Assembly (NCBI GenBank): GCA_001179505.1
Contig: CDMY01000130.1
Span: forward strand, 120,632 to 184,631
Direction: 5' to 3'
Source: Vitrella brassicaformis CCMP3155
Taxonomy: Eukaryota > Protista > Chromerida
DNA length: 64,000 nt
Positions 37,936-53,147 of this stretch are shown here, in pieces (positions within the stretch are counted from its first letter, which is position 1; every line of letters starts with the position of its first letter). The position numbers were made by a program, and so were the translations under genes. The notes below the pieces were generated by a model. The model did not search any database. It saw only the letters and a program-made list of their open reading frames with translations, and was not told the DNA's origin.

Positions 37936-40354
37936 ATGTTCCACGAGCGAGATGTCTGCAGCGAGGAGACTCAGCTGCTTTGTCCAGCAGAAGATGGTAC
38001 ACATCCACGCCACAAATCATATGCATGTGACTCATGTAGTACTTGTGCAGGAGGCGGATCTGCTCAGGCTCGAGCAGACATCGGAGCATTCTGTAAGCCA
38101 TCTCCCTCCTCTGACAACCTTTCACGATCTCATGTATCCTTGCATGTATTTGTCTGCGCCCGCAGGAAGAGATCCCTGATGCTCTCGATGATGCAACGCC
38201 CCAAGCGGCCGCCATCGACAAAGAACAAGAGCAACACGAGATCATAGGCGACGGGCCGCTGTCGAGGAAGAGTGAACGCATCTTTGGCGCTGCCCGCTCT
38301 AGTGCCCGTTCCTCCGCCATCAGCCTTGACTGGCTCAGGACCTCTCGGGGCTTCGGCAGTCTCTTGCGCTTCACTGACCTTAGAGGGATCCGCCGCGATG
38401 ACACTGTGAGAAGCAGCATCTCAGAAGCGACCGGCCGGAGCCAATCAGCCAGTGATTGTGTCGCGGAGCTGCAGTCGTGTACCTTCTCGCATATCGTCAC
38501 GCCCGCCCTCATTTGCAGCTGGTTCTTCCTCTGTGCGGGCATCCTTTCGTCACTGTGCCAAGCCGTTGCTGAGCAGCTGGACGAGAATCTGCCGCCGCTA
38601 TATGACGGGGATGGCCTGTTTCACGACACTGATATGCAGGTAAGCAACCAAGCAACCAGGCGTTGTCTTTCTCTGTGTACACAACTCCATCATTCACTTC
38701 CATCTATTCGTGCAGCAATACCTCAGAGAGCACTACAATAGCGCCCTGAACTACAAGTACCAGTGAGACGGTACGATGGATAGATCTTACGAATGTCTGC
38801 GTCGTCAGATGGTCACAGCCTGGCGCGGGCAGGGCTTTCCGAACGACGATCTGGACACTGCTGGCATGCGCTTTCATCCATACCTTCGTCTCAAAGTCTC
38901 TCTTCTGGCGCATGGTGATCCGGAGAGCGGTCGCGAAGCGCATCAAGACCTACAAGCTCAACAGGCAGTGGCGGTCTCTGATTCGGTTGCACAACAGATA
39001 CCGATCGCACAGCGAGATCAACAATGACACGACGCCGACGTCATCAGCACACGACTTCCAAATCAATCGCATGCGCCGGCTAAAGTGGCATTTTGATATC
39101 TTCTGGTTCACGTTTAAGCGAGCAGAAACGAGAGACTGCCTGCACTCGTCAATGCATGATCGCCCTCGTGTTGTGTCAGAATGCTCGGCCAAACAGGGAA
39201 ACTGTTTTTCCACATATATTTCCTGAATGGTACGCCTCGAGGACGCGACACGCCTTTTCAGCTTGCTGATTGGCTGTTGCCTGGATGCATGTGTGCAGAA
39301 GTGTTCATTCTGGTGCTTCAGCTGTATAAGTGCCTGCTCCTGGGTGGCTATGACGCCGTCTACCGTGACGAGGTCCCAGCTGGTAGGTGAGACACGAACG
39401 TCAGACCACACACAAGGTGAGGAGGTCGTCCACTGGGCGCACACAGGTAATTGGTTCGCCCAGTCGTCGCTGTCCTTCATGATCGCTCTGCACTCCGCGG
39501 TTGCTGCGGTCATCTTGGCGCTAAGGCGCCGGGTCATCGCCACTCTCAGCTCGATGTGTTTCAGCCTCGTCTACACGATTCACGCGGTCGCCATCGACGC
39601 CATCCCCGCCGACGTCAGCCGCCACTTCACTAGTGGAGGCTCCTGGGGCAGCATCCTGCACATGAAGACTGAGGGATCATTCCTGCTGCTGCTTGTGACT
39701 TTCATGCCATTATTCTCCGTCTGGTGGAAATTAGGAAAACTGTGCTCAATCCTCACGGTGCGTGCCTTTTTGGTTTTCCGCAATCAGAAGAGAAAGCAGC
39801 ATCGGAGGCGCGAGAGCATCTTTCTGACGAGTGTGGCCGACACGATCGAGTTGATGAGGTTGCGCAGACCGACTATGCACCAATTTCTCTCCAAGTGGAT
39901 CTGCTGCTGCGGGAGGCGAAAGCAGCTGACGGCGGTAGACAACGACCGGCCGCTAAGCTCAGTCGTGGCGATAGTGGAGACCGCCACTGTCTCAACGTCC
40001 GAGACGAAGAAGGGCGTCATGTTCATCGAAGACCAGCAACAATCAGCACAGAGACCCCTTGTCAAACGCGACATCTCGGCGCCGGCGACGCTGGCCGTCA
40101 GAACTGATGATGGTGTCCTTCCCGCTGCTTGCGGTGCCCGCCACCACCAAAGGAGCATATCCTGCCCTCAGCTGACGAATCTGATCGTTGAAAAGCGGAG
40201 ACACAGACTGTCGGTGTCGCCTGAGGCACTGAGGCGGTCAAGCGACACGGCAGTCGCCTTCAAGACACACGGGGTGGAGTCCAAAGGAGGTGCGCTGGAC
40301 GGTGAAAAGCCTATTCCTGCGTCTCCGGAGAACGCCAATGAAGATGACAGGTAG
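37936..40354 (+). CDS. Orphan polytopic membrane protein with acidic N-terminus and Ser/Arg-rich cytoplasmic C-tail
   Basis: Exons EEIPDALDDATPQAAAID..ALICSWFFLCAGILSSLC.., IWTLLACAFIHTFVSKSLFW and 375-aa ORF 39227-40354 with several hydrophobic segments. Confidence 0.6.
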
Positions 40355-40846
40355 ATATGCAGTTAGCTGGCTGGCCAGAGCGGACTGTAGGGCCTCTTTC
40401 GTGTGCGTGCAGTAGAGGAGAACCATCATTCTTCATGAAGGGCACTCGTGCGCTGAGTCTTTTGATGTCTTTTGCGTCAATGTCTTTTGCGAAGAGCCCA
40501 TCCGGCCTGCGAGGCAGTGAGCGGATCCGCTGGTGAGTAAAGAGGCTACCCCCAGTGAAAAAGGCGTCATGCATGCGTTTCTCCCCCCATATGTAGGTAC
40601 GAGAGGTTTGTCCTGTTTCCGCTGTTGTGCGCATGGTCTCTCCTCATATGGTCTCTCTTCATTTATATCGTCATCCAAATGAGTAGGGCCTCATCAGTGT
40701 GTGGGTCTCTCCCCGGTGCGAGACATTGCATCGTGCGCACGTACCCACCGCTGGGCAGCAGACGCATCGCTCCCGACAAAGCCTCGCTTCCCACGCCATG
40801 CAACTGGTGAGTCAGACCGACATTCAATCACATACTCATGTGATCG

Positions 40847-42105
40847 ATGGAGATGTGTGTTCTTGGTCTGGTCTGTTTGCACAGTCGATATTATTCGGGG
40901 GACAGACGCACGGAGACTAAATTTTCCATCAATGATTACTGGGAAGGGTTCGACTTCTATTCCACACTGCAGGTATCACACCATTATGTGCTCTCGATCG
41001 CTCACACACAAATAGGCACTGATATATTCCTGCAGGGAGCCGATTTGACATACAGCCGTCCTGCCGGAATGTCGCAAGGAATATCGGCGTTTGTCGACGA
41101 GATCAAAGCAACTCAGGAGCAGCTCAAAGGGATACCCGTCTCTGTCGGCTGACAGAAATACCTCAGGTCAATCAATAGATCAACCAATGCCTGCCACCCA
41201 CCCAGCTGCAATTACGTGTGTGCACCAATCAGGTTCTTGATACTCTATCACATACAGCTCTCGGCTCTGCCCGACTCGATGCGGCATCTGACCCGACTAG
41301 AGCTGCTGCATATCGTGATTGGCGACATACGCGAGGTTCCCCATTGGTTCGCAGCGCTGCCTCGCCTCGGCAAACCTGGCGTACAACTCCATCGAGACGC
41401 TGCCCATGGCCATGGCCAACTCCAGGCTGAAAAACATGAGGCTCCAAGGCAATCCGGTGGGACCAGCCATTCGTGAGTGAGTGTCTTTCCTCTTTTGCAC
41501 ATCCCATGTCTGGTACGCCCGCATGCAGGTGTGTCAAATGAATGGGTTTCTCTATCGGGAGCACAGCGAAGACTTTCAGCGGTTCGTCGACCGCGTCAGG
41601 CCGTGTTTGGGCTCTCTCCTTCCAATTGTACCCCTTCTGCCTCCTGGCGGAGGGAGCGAAGAGGAGGTAATCGATGAATTCGGGAGCTTCCAGGAGTGCA
41701 TCCCGGCCTGCCAGCAGGCGGCTGACGCCTTCATGGCCCTCGCAGGTATCTAGCGGCGTTCACTTCATGGGAGTGGAGTACGCAGCTGCCTATGTCCTGC
41801 TGTGTGTCTTCCCTCAGACAAGAATCATTTGCTGTGCTGGGAGAGCGAGGGAGTGTCGGAGTTGCTCACAGGTGTTGACATAGGTCACGGACACACGCAG
41901 AGGTGGCTTGGCTATAGCGGATGCATACTCATGGATGGGTGCAGGCTTGGGCCTAACGTTTGAAAGGTTCGTTGACCTGATACTGCAGGCGAGGTTCACT
42001 GACCCTGATATGTACGACACGCTGGACGTATATCGGCCGCAGGGACAAGTGCAGGAGCATATCGGCCGGACGTGTGGGGACTTCACCACGATAGCCAAAC
42101 TGTAA
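40847..42105 (+). CDS. Possible leucine-rich-repeat-containing protein (fragmentary, may be degraded)
   Basis: Exon QLSALPDSMRHLTRLELLHIVIGDIREVPHWFAALPRL fits an LRR pattern. Neighbouring ORFs look coding but could not be joined cleanly. Confidence 0.4.
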
Positions 42106-42833
42106 AACACTCCGGCACGTGTCTCAGGCACATTAGTGTGTGTCTTTGATTGCATCGAACAGCTTCACCGACGGGGTGACCAACTGCAGGAGATGCGACT
42201 ACCCCTCATGAAGCACGAGGGTCCCCTTCACTGTATGGTGCTAGGCGTTGTTGGACTCAGGGCGATTCTTGTTTGTGTCCTTCCAATACACAACACGAAG
42301 CCAAGGGGGGAGGGCCCGGGAGGCTATCGATTTGTTCATATGAATTGCTGGGTTAGCGGCTACGTATGTCAAAGGTCTGTATCAACTGCGCAAGTTTTAA
42401 CTTTTCTCCCAAGTAGACAGACAGGTGGCTTTTGCATTTAGCGGTGCATGTCGGTGGTTGAGACACGAGACAGAGACAGAGACGGAGATGCACGCACGTG
42501 GCCATGATGGAGAGACCTGTGCACGTGTGCCTGTACGCATATAAATGTATGTTTCTGCGTACGCCCGATGATATGCACCGGGAGGGGATTTGGACACTTG
42601 AAATCGACACACGCACCAGGCAGGAGTCTGCTATTCCCTCTCGCTGGCTGTCCCTTCGCCAACAACACGGCCCTCAGGCACTTGACACTGCTTCTGCCAA
42701 AAGAGTGGGCGCCGGAATAACGATTTAAATCAGTTTTGAGGTGAGACTGCTTCAAATATGTGCCATTCACCTAATCGAAGTTTCATCTCTCAGTCAATCA
42801 ATGCCTCAGTTTGTCTCAGTCAGCCACAATCTG

Positions 42834-45174
42834 TCATTTCCCTTCTGCGTGTCGTCGCCTTTCCCTCTGCAGCCGCCTTCTCGCTCTCGCGTCCATCGTC
42901 ATCTCACCAAAATCCCCCTCGTCCATGTCGTGTGCAGCGCGCAAGGGTGAGCGAGACCTCGACCGCTCTCTCTTTTCGCGCCTTGCCTCACCCGATCTCC
43001 GCTCACGAGAAGGGCGGACCCCGCGGGCCTCTCTCTTTTCTCCTCCAGTCAGGGCAAGCTCCTTGATGTCCCGCAGGAACTTCATCTCGCGCGCTGATGT
43101 GGAACACTCACTCAGCCACTCGACAAACTCCGCCACTGCTGCCTTGTCTGGATATCGGCCAAGGAAGTCGCGTTTCGCTTGATCGGATTGTTGCAACGCC
43201 CTCAGGCGCTCTTCTGGTGGGATGATTCTCCAGATAAGACTGTAAGTGTGAAGTTTCCTTCCCATCTCTGCACACATTTGTGAGCGAACATTATGTGTGC
43301 GTCGGTCTGTTTTGTTTCTGTCTGTCTCGCCTTTTTGCCACTCCTCAGGTCCGCCGAGGAGTGCCAGAAAGATGTCCACCCTTTCGTCCGTCAGCTCAGC
43401 TTCCTCAAGCCTCAAAGCCTTCCTCTTGACGTATGAGTGAAAAGAGCACGAACTGAGGAATGTTGCAATCTTGCTGTCCGCCAGAGAAAGACTAATGTGA
43501 AGTCAAAAGTAACACAGTTCAATCCGGCAGATTGACCTTCTGAGCGAGTCGGCTCCGGACATCCTGTCGCAGATTTCGAGTGCAATGCTGCAGAACAGAC
43601 AGAGAGACAGACAGAGAGACAGACAGAGGCATGTGTGTGGCAACCACTGTATCAGCGTGGCCCTTACTTTGCGACGTTGTCACGTATGTCCCCGCAGTCG
43701 TCTTCAGAAGCCATCGTGTTTGGATGTGAGAAATCGATCAGCATCAAGTTGCTGGGCTTGAGTTCGGTGGACACGTACAGCTCCTCGTCGTAAACCTTGT
43801 GTGCAGCCATGGATGGAGACACATATGTGAGGCAACCATTATCGCACATTTGCTTTTCTCCCTTACGGTGATGGGTGCTCGGTAGGGTCCCAGATGAGCG
43901 GCGTCTCCTTGTGGATAGGTAGGGAGAAACACGTTGCCTTTCTTGAGATCGCAATGCTGCAGGCCACTCTGATGTAGACCTGAATCAAGGCAAGAGACAA
44001 GTACTGTGGGTGGAAGCGTTTATATGGAGCGTACTGTGGACGCCTTGAAACAGCTGCGCGATGACAAAGGTCCCGAAGGCAATGCGCCTCTCTTCGCCGG
44101 TGTCGAGCGCTCTGACCAGCACCTTGGTGTCCCAGTCGATCTCACTGGCTGCGTGAAATCCTAAGAGGTCCGCAAAGCTTATGCCATGGAGTCTCTCAAT
44201 GATCAGAAACTCTGTTAGCCATGCGACGGTCAGATGTGAGCTAAAATGTTTGTGTCTCTACCTCGTGTATGACTTTGGTCCTTTACTTGAGAGCACATCG
44301 GCTTCTTCAGGGTTGGTCGGCTGATAGTAATGGGGAATTCGCGGAAGCTCGTAAATTTTCCCCTTGGAGTGAATCAATCGCCAGAGAGTCTCGTATCCTG
44401 CGTGAGGTGAGTTGTCTCGCAATTCGAGCACTGCAGCAGGCGGCCGATCTTTGCTTACCATCCTTCTCGTCGTCGATATCCCGTTGCCTCTCCTCATCCA
44501 TGGCCATCTTGATGATGACTTCTTTGGTGGATAAGGCAGCTTGGCCGTGAGTTCTTCCTGCACGCGCAAAGATTCAGCGCAATATTGCAAAGGGCACAAG
44601 ACGAAAGGAGGCATACCTGGTGAGGTGTCCATACTGATGGGAGAAGAGATGGCGCCTGTCAGTCAGCAAGCCAGCAGAAACAGGCAGGGAGACATGAAGG
44701 CAGACAGGCAGGCGGGCCGAAACGTACCCTTCGCAATGTCAACAAATAATGCAACGGCATTCGCACCGTGTGCCGACCTGAAATGTGCAGTAAACGAACG
44801 ACGAGGGATAAAGACCGATCAAGGCAGCTCGATTAGAGCCTCGATCCGTACTTGATTTGGTATTCGACCCCATCAATGGTGAAAACGTCATCGTCGATAT
44901 CCGGGAGCACGTTGGACTTGCCGTGAGAGTTCCAGAAGTCAACGGCGTCCAGCTCTGTTTGCGAAGACTCAAGCGAGACGACACAATAGACGGATTGGGG
45001 CTGGCAAACAGTCTTGAACACCTCGACCGCTTCGGGAAACAGCGGCTGTCCCTGCCGCTCGAGCTCAGCACCCGCACGGGACGTTGCAATGGGAAGAGGC
45101 CACCCGGCGCATTCGTCAATGAGGAAAAACCACATAGGAATCAGGAGAAGCGTTGGCGACGGACCTCTCGCCAT
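42834..45174 (-). CDS. Signal-peptide-bearing atypical protein-kinase-like (PKL) protein
   Basis: MARGPSPTLLLIPMWFFLIDECAG (signal-like), SAHGANAVA (degenerate Gly loop), EVIIK...DEE, FLIIERLHG (hinge), QLFQGVHSLHQSGLQHCDLKKGNVF (catalytic loop), LMLIDFS (DFG equivalent), and an RS-rich C-tail. Confidence 0.75.
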
Positions 45175-45910
45175 CAGACCGGCCCGGGGAAGGGAAGAAT
45201 CGGAACGGGACAGCGTGACGCCCCCACCAGGCCCCCCGACTCCAAATCTTGTGGCTGTGCTGGCTGACAAGGCGTTTGATCCGACTGAGAGATGAACTGA
45301 GACACCTGTTCATGTAAAGGCCTAGCTGCAGTAATTTTGGTCAAATTACAAACCTGGGATGTATTGATTTTTTGATTTACTTGGCTGTTGACGAGCGAGC
45401 GAACGGAGCACGAGGCATACATGTACGCATTGCCGATCAGGTGCACACAGGGAGACACACGCCGGGGTGGCATTGGCATGGCATGGCATGGCATGGCACA
45501 GAGAGAAAGGAAAGAGAGGAAGAAAGAGGGGCTGTCCGGATGAATGAAGAGACACACGCTGACTGATTGTCTGGCTGTCTGTGGCGGTAGGCCACCTCAA
45601 CACACACACACACACATATCGACAGAGAAAGCGATCATCTCATAGCTATGGGCGATATAAACACGTGTACGTGTGCGGATGTGTTTACACACACATCCAT
45701 CCATCCATATGAATGCATGTAGACATTGCCTACAGACTCTCTGTCCGTCAACCAGACTGTCAAGAGCTTAAAAGTGCACTCACACCCACACACACACTCA
45801 CAGACAGACAGACAGACAGACAGCAACCGACGAGGGCAACAGCAGCTCCGGCCGGCCTGAAAAGAGAGCAAATGGGTCGGCCTTGCTGCCTGCCTGCCGC
45901 GCTATGCCTG

Positions 45911-49520
<3,610 letters not shown>

Positions 49521-49784
49521 CTCTCTGCCGACATATGCACACACACACAATGCATGGCAATGGCAAACCAGCACAGACTCACCTGTGAAGGAAAAATAGC
49601 AAGCCCTGCCAGCGACGAGCTCACTCAGCAACCCAACTTTCCCAGAAGGCCTCACCCCGCAACCGGCTCACTCCCAGAGGACCAAAGAGAGTGAGAAATA
49701 ACAACTGACTCTCTCTGTCTGCTCGAAACCCTTCCTGCACTCAGCAGCACATACACTGTTGTCGAGGAAGAGGGGAAAGAGAAA

Positions 49785-51670
49785 ATGGGGAAGAGGCTAC
49801 TTGCGCGCTTAGCCGTGAGGCGCGAGCTTTTAAATGCGATGTCCAACAACCGCAATGAATTTCAAGTTGCGTGCATGTTAGCATTAGTTGACGCTGCCGA
49901 GGAAGCAGCGGAAAGCGAACCCCTACCCCAAACCGAAGGAAAAACCGTTAAGCTTGCGGCGAGAATCGCGGCGAGATTCGCGATCTTGGCCGCCTCCGAT
50001 TCAAGAACCGAATCGTCGTGCCAGTTCTTCTCCGTTCTCATCGTTCTTCTCACTTCGCCCTCGTTTCTTACTCTTCTGCGTCGAAGTGAGAACGCTCTTG
50101 TGGTGTGTTTCGCCCATTCAGCGTTCTCCCTGCCCATCTTGGGCCCTGCCCCTCTCCTTCGTCAGCATCAGATTTCAAAGGGTCCTGCAGCAGATGGCCC
50201 AGGGATCATCGTGGAGTTTCGAGGACCTCCGACTGATCAGTTTGGCCTATTCACGAAGATCAGCAATCGAGGCAATCGAGGAGGCGTGCCAAAATGCGTA
50301 TGGCGAGGTCCAGGGAGCACTGCGGCATCTGGCGCGTGCCAGCACAAAGGGCACGCACACGCAGGTGACGGATGAATGCAAGAGGAGGAAAGTGAGCTCG
50401 AGGAGCTGCAGAGGTGCGTAAAACTGCGCATGAGCCGGAGCTTCAATCTGAGTTGTTGAGTCATTGTGTGTTTCTTCTCTCTTTCAGCATCGTCGCGGGC
50501 CAAAGACAGAAGATAGAGAAGTGAGCACCGCTTCTTCAATCAAGACACGCACAGAGAAGTACATGCGTCAAATTGTCTGTCGTTCCCTGATTGTATGGAT
50601 TCAGGCTGGAGAAGGAGGCCAAACGTCCTGTGACAGTGGCAACCGAAGCCTTCAGCGCGAAAAAGGTGAAAACGCCTCACGAGATGGTTTCCTTTCTTGA
50701 CCAGTACGTCATCGGACAACTGGACGCCAAGGAAGCCCTCGTCACCATGATACGTATGCCGAGAAAGACACAAAGCACTGCAATGGCTGCTTGCGTCCCC
50801 TTTGTGGCGTTCGCAGGAAACCGATGGTGTTTTGAGCAAGAGGAAGACCCTGACGATCTCACAGAGGAGTCGTCCATCGACGTACTAACGAAGAGGCCGA
50901 CGGGAAGTGGCAAGACTGAGGTAAGAAGTCTGCTGGCACTTCGCATTACAAGTGGCTTCTCTTTTGTCTCTTGCTTTGGATGCAGCTGTGCCGTTGCATC
51001 GCTAATATAGTCCAAGCTCCATTCATCATCGCCGACGCCACACAATATACAAGAGCTGGATATGTCGGCCGGAGTGTAAGCGAGATCATAGATGACGTGA
51101 CTAGAGACACGGCAACAAAGACGATGAAGGCAGTACCAAAGCAGGTGGGAAAGACGAAACGAGTTCATGGCCGGAGACATTTGGTCTTTCCCTCTTTGTT
51201 TGTGCACCTGTGTTTGTGTGTGTGCTCTCACAGGACATGCCAATCATCATCGAGGCGCTGGGCAACGCCGTCCGTCAGAAAGAGCATCGCCTCTCTCGTG
51301 CAGGTATTTTGCTCTGCTTTGTCTACTTTCTGTGACATCAGGATCGTCCACGACCACTTGCGGCCCCCCCGAGATCAAAGAAGCCGCCCGACGTAATCGA
51401 CGAGATCGACAAAATCTGCAAGCCAAGGGTAAAGTAGACTTTGCTTTATTCAATGGGGTACGTATTTGGTGTTGAGTCATTAGGGGGAGAAAAACACGGG
51501 AGTGGATGTGTCGCGAGAAGGCGTCCAACACGAGCTGCTGATCCTCATCGGCGGAACTGACGTTCTCACGGGTTGCCCATGTACACGCTTCTGGTTCTGC
51601 CATTCAGGCTGTGTGTGTATTGTGTGTGTGTGTGTGTATTGTGTGTATGTATATGTCTCAGTCTCATGCA

Positions 51671-51704
<34 letters not shown>

Positions 51705-52149
51705 TGCAGCAGTCGCGGCAGTCCCTCCCTCCAGCATCTGAGTTGGGTCACTTTGGCGCTCCACCCGTCTGGGTAGGTAGACATCAGAAGATATGTCGCA
51801 CACACCACACCCACACTCGATGGACGGATATCCCACCCTCATTTCCCTCTGTCTGTCTGTCTGTCTGGTTGGTTGTCTCATTCATTGTATGTATGTGTTT
51901 AGGCCGACGTCGGCTCGTGAGGAGTTGGGCAGTATGGGGGTGTGCATGTCGCCCCACTCCATCGGCGGCCTCAACGGGCACTCGCTCCTCACCGGCGGCC
52001 CCGTCAACAACACACCCAACTTCAACCTGGGCATGCCAGCCTCCAGTGCCGCTGCCGCTGCTGCTGGTGGTGGTGGTGGTGGGTCTGGTGGTGGGGCCTC
52101 ATCGGCAGCTGCAGCTGCAGCTGATGCGGCCCTGAGTGGGTCCGCATGA
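49785..52149 (+). pseudogene. hslU: Degenerate, truncated HslU/ClpY-like AAA+ ATPase (recognisable core ~50605-51571)
   Basis: TPHEMVSFLDQYVIGQLDAKEAL..MI|RNRW, RPTGSGKTE (Walker A with G>R), APFIIADATQYTRAGYVGRSV, IDEIDKI and DVSREGVQHELL. Walker B is out of frame with the preceding spliced exon, and the C-terminal AAA elements are replaced by an Ala/Gly low-complexity tail. 5' limit tentative. Confidence 0.75.
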
Positions 52150-53147
52150 GCAAGAAGCTGCGCCTGGAGTGATCAAGCGATAGAGAGGGGGACCACACAG
52201 TATGTACTCACAGTTTCTACTAGTCTCTGCCACGGCCGTCGCGTCTGTCTCGTTGAAGGATTGGGGGGGCGAGGGCTTCGGAGGGGAGCCAGCGTGCGTG
52301 TATTGTCTTGTGTTGTGCAGATGTGTGATTTGAGTGGTTTGGTCTGCTTCTTGCGCACCTGAGAGAGATCGCGAGTTATCGCTGCCTGCATTTTATATCT
52401 GTATTTGGCCTGTTTTGATTGCTTTCTGCTCTCGTCTTTCATTCATATGTGTCTTGACAATCGATTCTTGCGACAATCGGACCTGCTGGTACTTATCGCG
52501 TCTTGAGCTTGAATGCTTGGTGGCTCTTGATGTTCTTTAAGCAGCCTGGTTGTCACCAAACAGACCACTAGCTGCCACGGTGAAGCGCAGCGATGTACTC
52601 TGCCCCTCCCTCTGGCGGTACTGATTTCTGACCGGCCGCTCGCCATGCTGGCCGCCTTTGCCATCTCCGTGTTGCTGCCGTGTGCTGCTGCCGTGATAGA
52701 GAACTATTGTCTGGGGCGTGTTGATATGTCTGTTAAGACACTCTGATTGCTTGATGCGCGGCTTGGTTGGTCCCTGTAGAGGTCTCTGCCGATATGCACA
52801 CAGACGCACCAGGCACCGAAGCCAGGCAACCCCCAAGTCAGATGGATGAATAGATGAGTATATATGTAATAGAGGTATGTATGTCTGTACACATCGATCC
52901 CGCACACACCAGCACCATACCTAGGCAGCGAGCCAGCTGTTGGATATATACACATAAAGCTAGGAGCGAGACCCATTAATGGAATGCAATACAATATGGT
53001 GAGTGAGGCGTGGAGGAAAGGCCATAAAAGCTCTTCTCCATGAACACACACACACATCACACAACACAACTCTGCCATGATAGCGTCGGTCGGTTGAACA
53101 CACAGTCAGACAGCGAGGCGGGCAGGTAGTCGATATCAATGAGGAAG

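Noticed and set aside
40945-40962. GGTTCGACTTC resembling a tRNA T-loop/B box
   Set aside because: No cloverleaf, acceptor stem or A box, and it lies within a probable coding exon.
50605-51571. Initial call as ClpX (IADAT, GPTGSGKT-like)
   Set aside because: RNRW, GKTE, GYVGR and DVSREGVQ are HslU/ClpY signatures, so it was reassigned.
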